Shown here: one piece after another, positions 1-7,810 of the stretch
Position numbering within the stretch: the first letter of the stretch is position 1
Layout of the letters: each line of letters starts with the position of its first letter
Source of the DNA: an uncultured bacterium
GTDB lineage: Bacteria > Abyssobacteria > SURF-5
NCBI GenBank assembly: GCA_964510165.1
Contig: CAZEBC010000038.1
Coordinates: 1-11,749, forward strand
Length of the DNA: 11,749 nt
Direction of reading: 5' to 3'
Program-made: the position numbers and the translations under genes
Notes under the pieces: model-generated
Databases searched by the model: none
The model's input: only the letters and a program-made list of their open reading frames with translations
What the model was told of the DNA's origin: nothing

Positions 1-21
1 ACAAGGAAGGAGCAATTCTGA

Positions 22-339
22 ATGGTTGACATGGGGAAGATACTGAAGCAGGCGAGGCAGTTGCAGGAGAAGATGGCCAAGCTGCAAGAGGAACTCGCCA
101 GCAAGACAGTCGAGGCCACCACGGGCGGCGGCATGGTCAAGGTGGTCGCGAACGGCAAGCGCGAGATTCAGAAGATCGAGATATCGCGGGAAGTCGTGAA
201 TCCGGACGATGTCGAGATGCTGCAGGACCTGACGCTTGCCGCCGTGAACGAGGCCCTGCGCAAGGCCGAGGAACTTGCGACCTCCGAGATGGGCAAGATC
301 GCGGGAGGCCTCAATCTGAAAATCCCGGGACTGATGTAG
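22..339 (+). CDS. ybaB: YbaB/EbfC family nucleoid-associated protein
   Basis: 105 aa with [15 protein letters not shown] start, [11 protein letters not shown], and [17 protein letters not shown] motifs typical of YbaB; AGGAAGGAG SD upstream. Confidence 0.95.
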   Translation: MVDMGKILKQARQLQEKMAKLQEELASKTVEATTGGGMVKVVANGKREIQKIEISREVVNPDDVEMLQDLTLAAVNEALRKAEELATSEMGKIAGGLNLKIPGLM

Positions 340-366
340 CCGGGCACACCAACGCGGGAGCCGCGA

Positions 367-1296
367 GTGAACATCATATTTCTTGGGACACCCCTCTTCG
401 CGGCGCCGACGCTGACGCGCCTCGCGCACACGCGCCATCAGATACTCGCCGTGCTCACGCAGCCCGACCGCCCCGGCGGACGCGGCATGGAACTCTCTCC
501 CCCACCCGTGAAGACGGCCGCGGTCGCGCTCGGATTCCGGGTGCTCCAGCCCGAGAGGGCATCGTCACTCCCCATCCTCGCCGAAATCAGGAAGCTTTCC
601 CCCGACGCGGCGGTAGTCGTCGCGTACGGTCAATTGCTCACGCGCGAGTTCCTTGGCCTGCCCAGGTTCGGCTGCATCAATCTGCATCCCTCGCTCCTGC
701 CCCGCTACCGGGGCGCAAGCCCGATCCAGTCGGCCATTCTGGCGGGCGATAGAAAGACCGGCGTCACCACGATGCTGCTCGATGAAGGCATGGACACCGG
801 CCCGATCCTGCTCCAGAGGGAGGTGGAGATAACGGACGAGGACACCGCGGGATCGCTGCACGACAAGCTGGCTGAGGCAGGCGCGGAACTGATGGTCGAG
901 ACGCTTGACGCGGTGGAATACAACGCCGTCATTCCGCGTCCGCAGGACGAGGCGCACGCGACCATCACGAAGAAAATGCAGAAGGCGGACGCGCGCATCG
1001 AGTGGCGTCAACCCGCCGAGCGGATACGGAATCTTGTCCGCGCGATGAATCCGTCACCAGGCTGCTGGACCACGCTTGACAACGAGATGTTAAAGGTATG
1101 GAGAGTCGAGGTCTGCGATTATCCCGATGAAGGCAGGCCCGGGCAAGTGGTGTCCGCGCGCGATGAGCTTGTCGTTCAGGCGGGCGACAGGGCGCTCCAC
1201 ATCATAGAGCTTCAGGCGGCTGGTTCACGACGGATGACCGCCGGGGAGTTTTTGCGCGGCCACGTGATAAAGGAAGGAACTATTCTGGGTATGTAG
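367..1296 (+). CDS. fmt: Methionyl-tRNA formyltransferase
   Basis: GTG start; IFLGTPLFA, TQPDRPGGRG, VVAYG, INLHPSLLPRYRGASPI, GMDTGPIL motifs; 309 aa. Confidence 0.97.
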   Translation: MNIIFLGTPLFAAPTLTRLAHTRHQILAVLTQPDRPGGRGMELSPPPVKTAAVALGFRVLQPERASSLPILAEIRKLSPDAAVVVAYGQLLTREFLGLPRFGCINLHPSLLPRYRGASPIQSAILAGDRKTGVTTMLLDEGMDTGPILLQREVEITDEDTAGSLHDKLAEAGAELMVETLDAVEYNAVIPRPQDEAHATITKKMQKADARIEWRQPAERIRNLVRAMNPSPGCWTTLDNEMLKVWRVEVCDYPDEGRPGQVVSARDELVVQAGDRALHIIELQAAGSRRMTAGEFLRGHVIKEGTILGM

Positions 1297-1355
1297 GGGC
1301 GGCCCTACGGGCATGACGCCGAATGCGGGTGGGCGAACACAAGGTTCACCCCTGC
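1293..1355. repeat. Degenerate inverted pair of GTAG-type REP-like elements
   Basis: GTAGGGGCGGCCCTAC (1293-1308) faces GGGCGAACACAAGGTTCACCCCTGC (1331-1355), whose reverse complement GCAGGGGTGAACCTTGTGTTCGCCC is a G(T/C)AG foot plus imperfect palindrome. Confidence 0.6.
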
Positions 1356-1373
1356 GGGATGCTTGTATTGACT

Positions 1374-2723
1374 ATGCCGCGACAGAAAGTTGATCCGATA
1401 CGGGAAGATGGGCTGAAGATATTGCGCCGCACCGAGAGCGCGCTTTCGTTCCCGAAAATCCTGATCGAATACTCGGTCGAGCGAATGGCGCCGACCGCGC
1501 GAGAGAGGGCCTTCGAGTACCAACTCGTCATAGGCACGCTGCGGCAGCGCGGGACGCTCGATTGGGCGCTCGGGAAACTGTGCGACATTCCGGTCGAGCA
1601 ACTCACCCCCTGGATTCGGAATATCCTCAGGATGGGCCTGTACCAGATTCTCTTTCTCGACCGGGTTCCGCAGTCGGCGGCGGTGGACGAATCGGTGAAG
1701 CTGGCGAAGCGATATGGCCATCGGGGAACCGCCGGCCTCGTCAATGCGGTCTTGAGGAACGCACGCAAAGAGGATTTGCTGAGGGAACTGAATTCTCTTG
1801 ACGAGGAGTCCGTCCCCAATCTTGCCGCGAAGTATTCGCATCCGGAGTGGCTGGTGGAACTGCTCATCGCTGAATGGGGAAAACAGCGTGCGGTCGAGAT
1901 CATGAGGAGCAATAACGCAATACCCCCGCTTACTGCCCGTGTCAACACGCTGCGCACATCGAGGGAAACTTTCTTGCGCGAACTCGATGCCGAGGGAGTT
2001 CAGGCGAAGCCGCTCCCCCACGTGCGCGATGGAATTGAGTTTGGGCCGTCCTCAGCCCCATGGCGACTGCCGGCGCATGAGCGCGGCCTGTTCTATCTGC
2101 AAGACGCAAGCTCAATGCTGGCCGCACTGTGCCTCGGGGCTGAGCCGGGACAGACAATCCTGGATGCGTGTTCCGGACCCGGCGGCAAGGCCGTGCATCT
2201 GGCGGCGCTCATGCGAAACAAGGGAAAGATTTACGCGCTGGACCTGTATGAGCACAGGCTCAATCTCGTCCGCGAGAACGCAAGCCGCCTCGGGGCCGCC
2301 ATCATCGAGCCTCGCCTGCAAGACGCGACCCTGGATTTGTCAAAGGATTATGCGGGAGTGGATGCCGCTATTGTGGATGCGCCGTGCTCATCGCTGGGCG
2401 TCATCAGGAGGCGCGTTGACCTCAAGTGGCGGCTGCGGCCCGAGCAAATAGTCGAGCTCGCGCGTCTTCAGCGCAGCATTCTGGGGCGCGCGGCCGAATG
2501 TGTGCGTTCCGGCGGGGTTCTGCTTTACTGCACCTGCACCATAACGCGAGAGGAAAACGCGGGCGTCGTGAAAGGGTTTCTTGAGGGTCATGCGGACTTC
2601 GAGCTGGACCGGAAGTTTCCGGCAGGCATCGCGCGGTACCTGACCGAAGACGGATTGGTTCAAATACTGCCGGGCGTGGAGAATATGGACGGCTTTTTCA
2701 TTGCGAGGTTGAGACGATTATAA
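1374..2723 (+). CDS. rsmB: 16S rRNA m5C967 methyltransferase RsmB/Sun with N-terminal NusB-like domain
   Basis: NusB-like N-terminus (ILRMGLYQI, AAVDESVKLA, GLVNAVLR), KYSHPEWL, LDACSGPGGK, DAPCS and YCTCT catalytic Cys motifs, MDGFFIARL end. Start placed at ATG 1374 because the 1323 extension reads through the REP-like element. Confidence 0.93.
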   Translation: MPRQKVDPIREDGLKILRRTESALSFPKILIEYSVERMAPTARERAFEYQLVIGTLRQRGTLDWALGKLCDIPVEQLTPWIRNILRMGLYQILFLDRVPQSAAVDESVKLAKRYGHRGTAGLVNAVLRNARKEDLLRELNSLDEESVPNLAAKYSHPEWLVELLIAEWGKQRAVEIMRSNNAIPPLTARVNTLRTSRETFLRELDAEGVQAKPLPHVRDGIEFGPSSAPWRLPAHERGLFYLQDASSMLAALCLGAEPGQTILDACSGPGGKAVHLAALMRNKGKIYALDLYEHRLNLVRENASRLGAAIIEPRLQDATLDLSKDYAGVDAAIVDAPCSSLGVIRRRVDLKWRLRPEQIVELARLQRSILGRAAECVRSGGVLLYCTCTITREENAGVVKGFLEGHADFELDRKFPAGIARYLTEDGLVQILPGVENMDGFFIARLRRL

Positions 2724-2729
2724 TATAAT
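2701..2729 (+). promoter_or_regulatory. Candidate sigma70-type promoter TTGCGA-N17-TATAAT
   Basis: TTGCGA 2701-2706, 17-nt spacer, perfect TATAAT 2724-2729 (a second overlapping TATAAT at 2719-2724) in an AT-rich patch of a GC-rich region. Confidence 0.55.
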
Positions 2730-3723
2730 GGTTTTTATGCAATCTATCGGCAGGGGAACGCACAAGAAGCTTCTTGAACTCGCGCCGGTGAGGTTCATGG
2801 TGGGACTGGCGGCCTTCGCGGCGTCGGCGGCCATCTTCGGTCTTCTTTCCCTGAATCTCTTCATAAAACACGGGGAGAAGGTGGCCGTGCCCAACGTGGT
2901 CAACAAGAGTGTTGTCGAGGCGCTCGATATCCTGAGCGAGCGCGGCCTGGAACTGAGAAAGACGGGAGCGCGCAACAGTTCCGTGATTCCCGAGAACTAC
3001 ATTCTCTCGCAGGACCCCCTGCCAGGAACCGTGGTGAAGGAAGGGAGGCCGATTTCCGTCGTTATCAGTCTGGGGAGCAAGGTATCAACAGTTCCAAACC
3101 TTGCGGGGAAATCGCTGCGCGAGGCCCGGGTTGAACTGAACGGGGCAGGCCTGAAGGTGGGTCGGTTCGCGAAGATGCACCACTTAAGCGAGGCCGATAC
3201 CGTTCTGGCGCAGTCGCCAACTCCAAACCAGCAAGTTGACCGGGAAACGCCAGTGGACATCCTGCTGAGCCTCGGCCCGCGCCCTCGCGATTTCAAGATT
3301 CCGAACCTCGTAGGCCTGCCGCTGGACAAAGCGAGCAAGATTCTCGACGTGATGGGAGTGACCGTGGGCGACGTGACCTCGAAGATAAACTTGTCGCATG
3401 CGCCGGGCATCATCCTCGAGCAGGACCCTCTGCCCGGCTCGCTGGTGGCGGAAGGCTCATCGGTCTCTCTTGTAGTGAGCGCGCTCACTGCGGACGGCGA
3501 GAAGGCAGACCGCAAGCTCACGCTGCTACTCTACCGGGTGCCGTATGGGTTCTGGGAGAAGAAGGTTCGCATCGAAGTCACGGATCCGGACGGGACGAGA
3601 ACGGTATACGACGAAATGGACCAGCCGGGCAGCACGATAAATCTGGCTATCGGATACACCGCGCAATGCACTATCAGAATCTATGTCGACGGCGTTTTGG
3701 AGACAGAAAGGACGGTCCGGTGA
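2728..3723 (+). CDS. Membrane-anchored PASTA-domain protein (TM + 3 PASTA + beta-rich C-terminal domain), no kinase domain; start could be ATG 2737
   Basis: Hydrophobic segment FMVGLAAFAASAAIFGLLSLNLFI, then three repeats starting VPNVV / VPNLA / IPNLV with QDP/QSP/QDP cores. Confidence 0.9.
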   Translation: MVFMQSIGRGTHKKLLELAPVRFMVGLAAFAASAAIFGLLSLNLFIKHGEKVAVPNVVNKSVVEALDILSERGLELRKTGARNSSVIPENYILSQDPLPGTVVKEGRPISVVISLGSKVSTVPNLAGKSLREARVELNGAGLKVGRFAKMHHLSEADTVLAQSPTPNQQVDRETPVDILLSLGPRPRDFKIPNLVGLPLDKASKILDVMGVTVGDVTSKINLSHAPGIILEQDPLPGSLVAEGSSVSLVVSALTADGEKADRKLTLLLYRVPYGFWEKKVRIEVTDPDGTRTVYDEMDQPGSTINLAIGYTAQCTIRIYVDGVLETERTVR

Positions 3724-4388
3724 AGGTTCTCATTGCCCCATCAATCCTGTCGGCCGATTTCGGAAGGCTCGCCGAGCAGATAAAGGCGGTCGAGGAGGCG
3801 GGGGCCGACATGCTGCACCTCGACGTCATGGACGGCCACTTCGTGCCGAATATCACCTTCGGGCCCGCCGTCGTGGGCGCCATAAAGTCGGTCGCCACCG
3901 TGCCGCTTGACGTGCATCTTATGATCGAAAAACCGGATGACTACCTGGAAGATTTCGTGTCGGTCGGAGCGGACATCCTGACCGTGCACGCCGAGGCGTG
4001 CACGCACCTGCACAAGACGGTCCACCAGATCAAGGAGTTCGGGATCAAGGTAGGCGTATCGCTGAATCCATCCACTCCGGTCGAGACACTTGCGTACGTG
4101 ATAGACGATATCGACCTCGTGCTCGTGATGTCGGTAAATCCGGGGTTCGGCGGGCAGAAGTTCATCCCGCGCTCAATCGAGAAGATCGCGCACGTCAGGA
4201 AGGTCGCGGGCGCCAAGGCCGACGTGCAGGTGGATGGCGGCATAACTCCCGCCAACGCGGGCAAGGTCGTCAGGGCGGGCGCCAACATACTGGTGGCAGG
4301 CTCATCGGTTTTTGGCTCCCCGAACTACGCTGAAGCGATACGCGCTCTTCGGGGCACTGCGGACGGCAACGGTCATGAAAGAAACTGA
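3720..4388 (+). CDS. rpe: Ribulose-phosphate 3-epimerase
   Basis: GTG start overlapping upstream TGA (GTGA); IAPSILSADF, HLDVMDGHFVPNITFG, DVHLMI, VMSVNPGFGGQKF, QVDGGI, VAGS motifs. Confidence 0.97.
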   Translation: MKVLIAPSILSADFGRLAEQIKAVEEAGADMLHLDVMDGHFVPNITFGPAVVGAIKSVATVPLDVHLMIEKPDDYLEDFVSVGADILTVHAEACTHLHKTVHQIKEFGIKVGVSLNPSTPVETLAYVIDDIDLVLVMSVNPGFGGQKFIPRSIEKIAHVRKVAGAKADVQVDGGITPANAGKVVRAGANILVAGSSVFGSPNYAEAIRALRGTADGNGHERN

Positions 4389-4824
4389 AGGCGGACATTG
4401 CGAACTGTCGCTCACGATCCCTTCGGTTCCCAGATTGCTTCGTGTTGTGCGCTGCGTAATGGCCGAAATGGCCAACCTCGGGGGCTTCGGCTTGAAGGAC
4501 CGCGACAAGATATGCCTGGCGGTTGACGAGGCGTGCTCCAACATCATTCGCCACAGCTACGAAGGCAAGACCGACGGCGAGATCATCATAAAGTGCACGG
4601 TGGACACCGACAGCATGACCATAAGCATCAGGGATTTCGGTCAGAAGTTCGATGTTTCAAAGGTCAAGCCGAGAAACCCTGAGACGGCGGGGCCCGGCGG
4701 TCTGGGCATTCACATGATGAGGAACATTATGGATAGACTCGATTATGACTGTTCCCATGAATGCGGAACAGAACTGCGCATGGTGAAATACCTTCGCGCG
4801 CGGGAGGCCGGCGATGAAAGTTGA
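4375..4824 (+). CDS. RsbW/SpoIIAB-like anti-sigma factor Ser kinase (HATPase_c fold)
   Basis: N-box LAVDEACSNIIRHSY, G1 IRDFGQKFD, G2 GGLGIHMMRNIMD, GTELRMVK end; ATG 4375 overlaps the end of rpe. Confidence 0.9.
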   Translation: MKETEGGHCELSLTIPSVPRLLRVVRCVMAEMANLGGFGLKDRDKICLAVDEACSNIIRHSYEGKTDGEIIIKCTVDTDSMTISIRDFGQKFDVSKVKPRNPETAGPGGLGIHMMRNIMDRLDYDCSHECGTELRMVKYLRAREAGDES

Positions 4825-5143
4825 GGCCAGGCACGAGGGCACGGCAGTAGTGATAGGGGCCTCGGGCGACGTTGACCTCTACAGTTCGCCTGAATTGAGG
4901 AAGGCGCTTGTTGACGCGATTGACAGGAAACTGTCACCCATCGTGGTGAATTTGTCGGATGTCACCTACATTGATAGTTCGGGCGTCGCGACGCTTGTCG
5001 AGGGCCTTCAACTGAGCGCAAAATACGGGGGCAAGTTTCGGCTGGTCGGTCTCAACGACCACGTGTTCGAGGTGTTCAAGCTCGCGCGCCTCCAGCGGGT
5101 CTTCACGATTCATGATTCTGTGGACGAAGCGCTCAGGAGTTGA
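4814..5143 (+). CDS. STAS-domain protein (RsbV/SpoIIAA-like anti-sigma antagonist; possible MlaB equivalent)
   Basis: 109 aa; GDVDLYSSPELR, VVNLSDVTYIDSSGVATLV with the conserved phospho-acceptor DS(S)G, VFEVFKLARL..VFTIHDSVDEAL. Confidence 0.92.
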   Translation: MKVEARHEGTAVVIGASGDVDLYSSPELRKALVDAIDRKLSPIVVNLSDVTYIDSSGVATLVEGLQLSAKYGGKFRLVGLNDHVFEVFKLARLQRVFTIHDSVDEALRS

Positions 5144-5150
5144 ACCGGGG

Positions 5151-5948
5151 ATGATCGCCTCTTTCCTGGGCTATATGGGCAACCGAACCCTCTCGCTGGC
5201 CCACGCGGCCCGACGGCTTGGCCGACTCACGCTGCAGGCGCTCGATTGGAGTTTCATAGCCCCGCTGGGCAGCCGAGGCATCAGGGGAAGAAGCGTCATC
5301 AGCCACATGGTGGCCGTGGGCTTCAACTCGATTCCCATCATCTGTTTCATCTGCGCGCTGGTCGGCGCAATCCTCGCGATGCAATCCGCCTACCAACTCG
5401 ACCAGTTCGGCGCGGTCCGCTATGTGCCGCCGCTTGTCGGTGTGGGGATGACCCGCGAGCTTGGGCCGCTGATAGCCGCGATAATCATGGCGGGCCGGAG
5501 CGGGTCGGCGTTCACCGCCGAAATCGGAACCATGGTGGTCAGCGAGGAAGTGGACGCGCTCGAGACGATGGCGATGAACCCCATCAAGTTCCTCGTGACC
5601 CCGAAGCTGCTTGCGATGATGGTGATGCAGCCATGCCTCACGGTCATAGCCGACCTGGTGGGCATACTCGGCGGTTTTTTGCTTTCGACGTATACTCTCG
5701 GAATCAATCCGCAGCAATACTATAATTACACGGTCGATTATCTCGTGATGAAGGATATCCTGACGGGCGTGATCAAGAGCGTCGCCTTCGGGGTCATCAT
5801 CGCGATGGTCGGCTGTCATTACGGGTTTCTCGTGACCGGAGGCGCCGAGGGAGTCGGCAGGTCAACTACGGCCTCGGTCGTCACCTCAATTTTCCTTATA
5901 ATTGTCGCGGACTGCGTGTTTACCGCGGTCTTTTACTTTGCGGTGTAG
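5151..5948 (+). CDS. mlaE: MlaE-family ABC transporter permease
   Basis: RELGPLIAAIIMAGRSGSAFTAEIGTMVVSEEVDALETMAMNP, GAEGVGRSTTASVV; multiple TM segments; ATG 5151 lies 7 nt after the STAS stop. Confidence 0.93.
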   Translation: MIASFLGYMGNRTLSLAHAARRLGRLTLQALDWSFIAPLGSRGIRGRSVISHMVAVGFNSIPIICFICALVGAILAMQSAYQLDQFGAVRYVPPLVGVGMTRELGPLIAAIIMAGRSGSAFTAEIGTMVVSEEVDALETMAMNPIKFLVTPKLLAMMVMQPCLTVIADLVGILGGFLLSTYTLGINPQQYYNYTVDYLVMKDILTGVIKSVAFGVIIAMVGCHYGFLVTGGAEGVGRSTTASVVTSIFLIIVADCVFTAVFYFAV

Positions 5949-5953
5949 GAGCT

Positions 5954-6766
5954 ATGGACAGGAAGCATACAACTTTGGTTGACGAACGGACATCGCCAAA
6001 AATCAGGGTTGAGGACGTTGTCGTCCGGTACGGCTCAAGGCTGGTGCTCGACCACGTCTCGCTTGATATCATGCCCGGCGAGACCATGGCGATTGTGGGA
6101 GAGAGCGGGTGCGGCAAGACCACATTTCTCAAGTGCCTGCTCGGACTGCTCGCTCCCGACGAGGGCACGATATCCTACGACGGCGTCGACATAACAAGGG
6201 TTTCGAAGGATGAGCTAGACGCGATCCGGAAGAAGATAGGCGTGCTCTTTCAGAGCGCGGCCCTATTCAATTCGATGACGCTCGCCGACAACGTGGCACT
6301 TCCGCTCAGGGAACACACGAAGCTGGAAGAGTCGGTCATAAACATCATGGTTAAGATGAAACTGGAGTCGGTCGGACTGACCGGCGCCGAGAGGCTCTAT
6401 CCGGCGCAACTCAGCGGCGGCATGAAGAAAAGGGCTGGGCTGGCGCGCGCGCTGGCGATGGACCCCGAAATCCTGTTCTTTGATGAGCCATCGGCGGGAC
6501 TCGACCCCCGTGTCTCGGCGGACATTGATTCGCTGATCCTGAAGTTGAAGCGGGCATTCGACATCACGATGGTGGTAATCACACATGAGATACGGAGCGC
6601 GTTCACCATCGCCGACCGCATCAGTCTGTTCCACGGGGGCAAGGTCGCCTTCGTCGGGAATCCCGAGGAGATGCGGCGGAGCGAAAATGAACTTGTGAGG
6701 CAGTTCGTCGCGGGAGCGCCGCACGGGGACGGCGAGGGCCGCGGCGACTATCTGGAAATCGACTGA
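5954..6766 (+). CDS. mlaF: MlaF/Mkl-family ABC transporter ATP-binding protein
   Basis: Walker A GESGCGKT, Q-loop LFQSAALF, signature LSGGMKKRAGLARAL, Walker B ILFFDEPSAGLDP, H-loop ITHE; AGGAG SD. Confidence 0.93.
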   Translation: MDRKHTTLVDERTSPKIRVEDVVVRYGSRLVLDHVSLDIMPGETMAIVGESGCGKTTFLKCLLGLLAPDEGTISYDGVDITRVSKDELDAIRKKIGVLFQSAALFNSMTLADNVALPLREHTKLEESVINIMVKMKLESVGLTGAERLYPAQLSGGMKKRAGLARALAMDPEILFFDEPSAGLDPRVSADIDSLILKLKRAFDITMVVITHEIRSAFTIADRISLFHGGKVAFVGNPEEMRRSENELVRQFVAGAPHGDGEGRGDYLEID

Positions 6767-6781
6767 CGTGCGTGAAATACC

Positions 6782-6798
6782 AATCGCGAATCGCGATT
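6782..6798. repeat. 17-bp inverted repeat AATCGCGA-A-TCGCGATT in the mlaF-mlaD spacer
   Basis: Read directly; also a tandem AATCGCG x2. Confidence 0.55.
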
Positions 6799-6817
6799 TG
6801 GGGAGCGAGAAGAGGAC

Positions 6818-7810
6818 ATGGCATACCGCGCCGAAGAAGTCAAAGTGGGACTCGTTGTGGTGATATCCCTGCTGATCCTGGCCGGGTTCATCCTGGCCAT
6901 CCTGGGAATCAGGCTGGGACAACCGATGCAGGTATATACGGCCACCATGCGGTTTGCAGGCGGAATAGACCCCGGCACAATAGTCAGGTTTGGCGGTATG
7001 GACATCGGGCAGGTCACGGGCGTAGGCGTTTACCCGGAGGACAACACCCTGATAGAACTCACGATGAGAGTGAACGAGGGCGTCCCCATCAAGACGGACT
7101 CCGTAGTCTTCATCAACACCATTGGCTTTCTCGGCGACTATTATTTGGAGATATCCACCGGCTCGCAGGATGCGCCGCTGCTTCCCCCCGGCAGCGTCAT
7201 CAAGAGCCGGGAGATAGTGACGTTCCACGATGTCATCGCTCGCGCGCAATCGGCTGTCGAGCGGCTCGACGCCGCCCTCGTCATCATTAACGATAAGATT
7301 CTGGCTGAGCACATGCCGGAGCTGCGCCGCCGGGTCGAAACCATCACCGACAAGATGACGGAATTGCTGACCGACGCGGACCAGCTATTCAATGAGCAGA
7401 ACCGCAAGAACATAGGCGAAGCCCTCGCTGAGCTCAACGCCCTGCTTCGCGAAAACAAGGATGACCTGAAGGAGACCGTGGCCAACTTCCGGCTGGCGTC
7501 TGAGCGGCTCGAATCGCTCGCGGGCACGCTCGATTCCATCACGCAAGATAACCGCGACGATGTCGAATCGCTCATAAAGGACATCCGCGCGACCGCCGAC
7601 GAAATTCGCGGGGTCGCGGACAGGGTGGGCCAGCTCGTGGCTGAAAACGCGGGCGACATAGCGGTCACGGTTGACAACCTCAAGGCCGCGTCGTCCAATG
7701 CCCGCGATTTCAGCGAGACCATCTCCGATGAGCCGTGGCGCCTCATCTGGCGGACTCCCCACCCCGAGGAGAAGGCCATTAAGAAGGAGACCGGGGCCGA
7801 TGTCCGTTAA
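6818..7810 (+). CDS. mlaD: MCE/MlaD-family protein with one MCE domain and a long C-terminal helical region
   Basis: EVKVGLVV + N-terminal TM, GIDPGTIVRFGGMDIGQV, INTIGFLGDYYLEISTG MCE motifs, then a long heptad-like helical tail ending EPWRLIW; AGAGGA SD. Confidence 0.9.
   Translation: MAYRAEEVKVGLVVVISLLILAGFILAILGIRLGQPMQVYTATMRFAGGIDPGTIVRFGGMDIGQVTGVGVYPEDNTLIELTMRVNEGVPIKTDSVVFINTIGFLGDYYLEISTGSQDAPLLPPGSVIKSREIVTFHDVIARAQSAVERLDAALVIINDKILAEHMPELRRRVETITDKMTELLTDADQLFNEQNRKNIGEALAELNALLRENKDDLKETVANFRLASERLESLAGTLDSITQDNRDDVESLIKDIRATADEIRGVADRVGQLVAENAGDIAVTVDNLKAASSNARDFSETISDEPWRLIWRTPHPEEKAIKKETGADVR

Noticed and set aside
1323-1373. N-terminal extensions in the ORF track (1323, 3666, 4312, 5112, 7671, 8510)
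   Set aside because: They overlap upstream genes or repeats; downstream starts (1374, 3720, 4375, 5151, 7800, 8540) fit family N-termini, coupling or SD better
6263-7312. 349-aa minus-strand ORF, and other long antisense ORFs (1305-2021, 5133-5819, 7141-7779, 8951-9778, 9642-10580)
   Set aside because: They lie wholly opposite well-supported genes, have no recognisable motifs, and are expected shadows in GC-rich coding DNA
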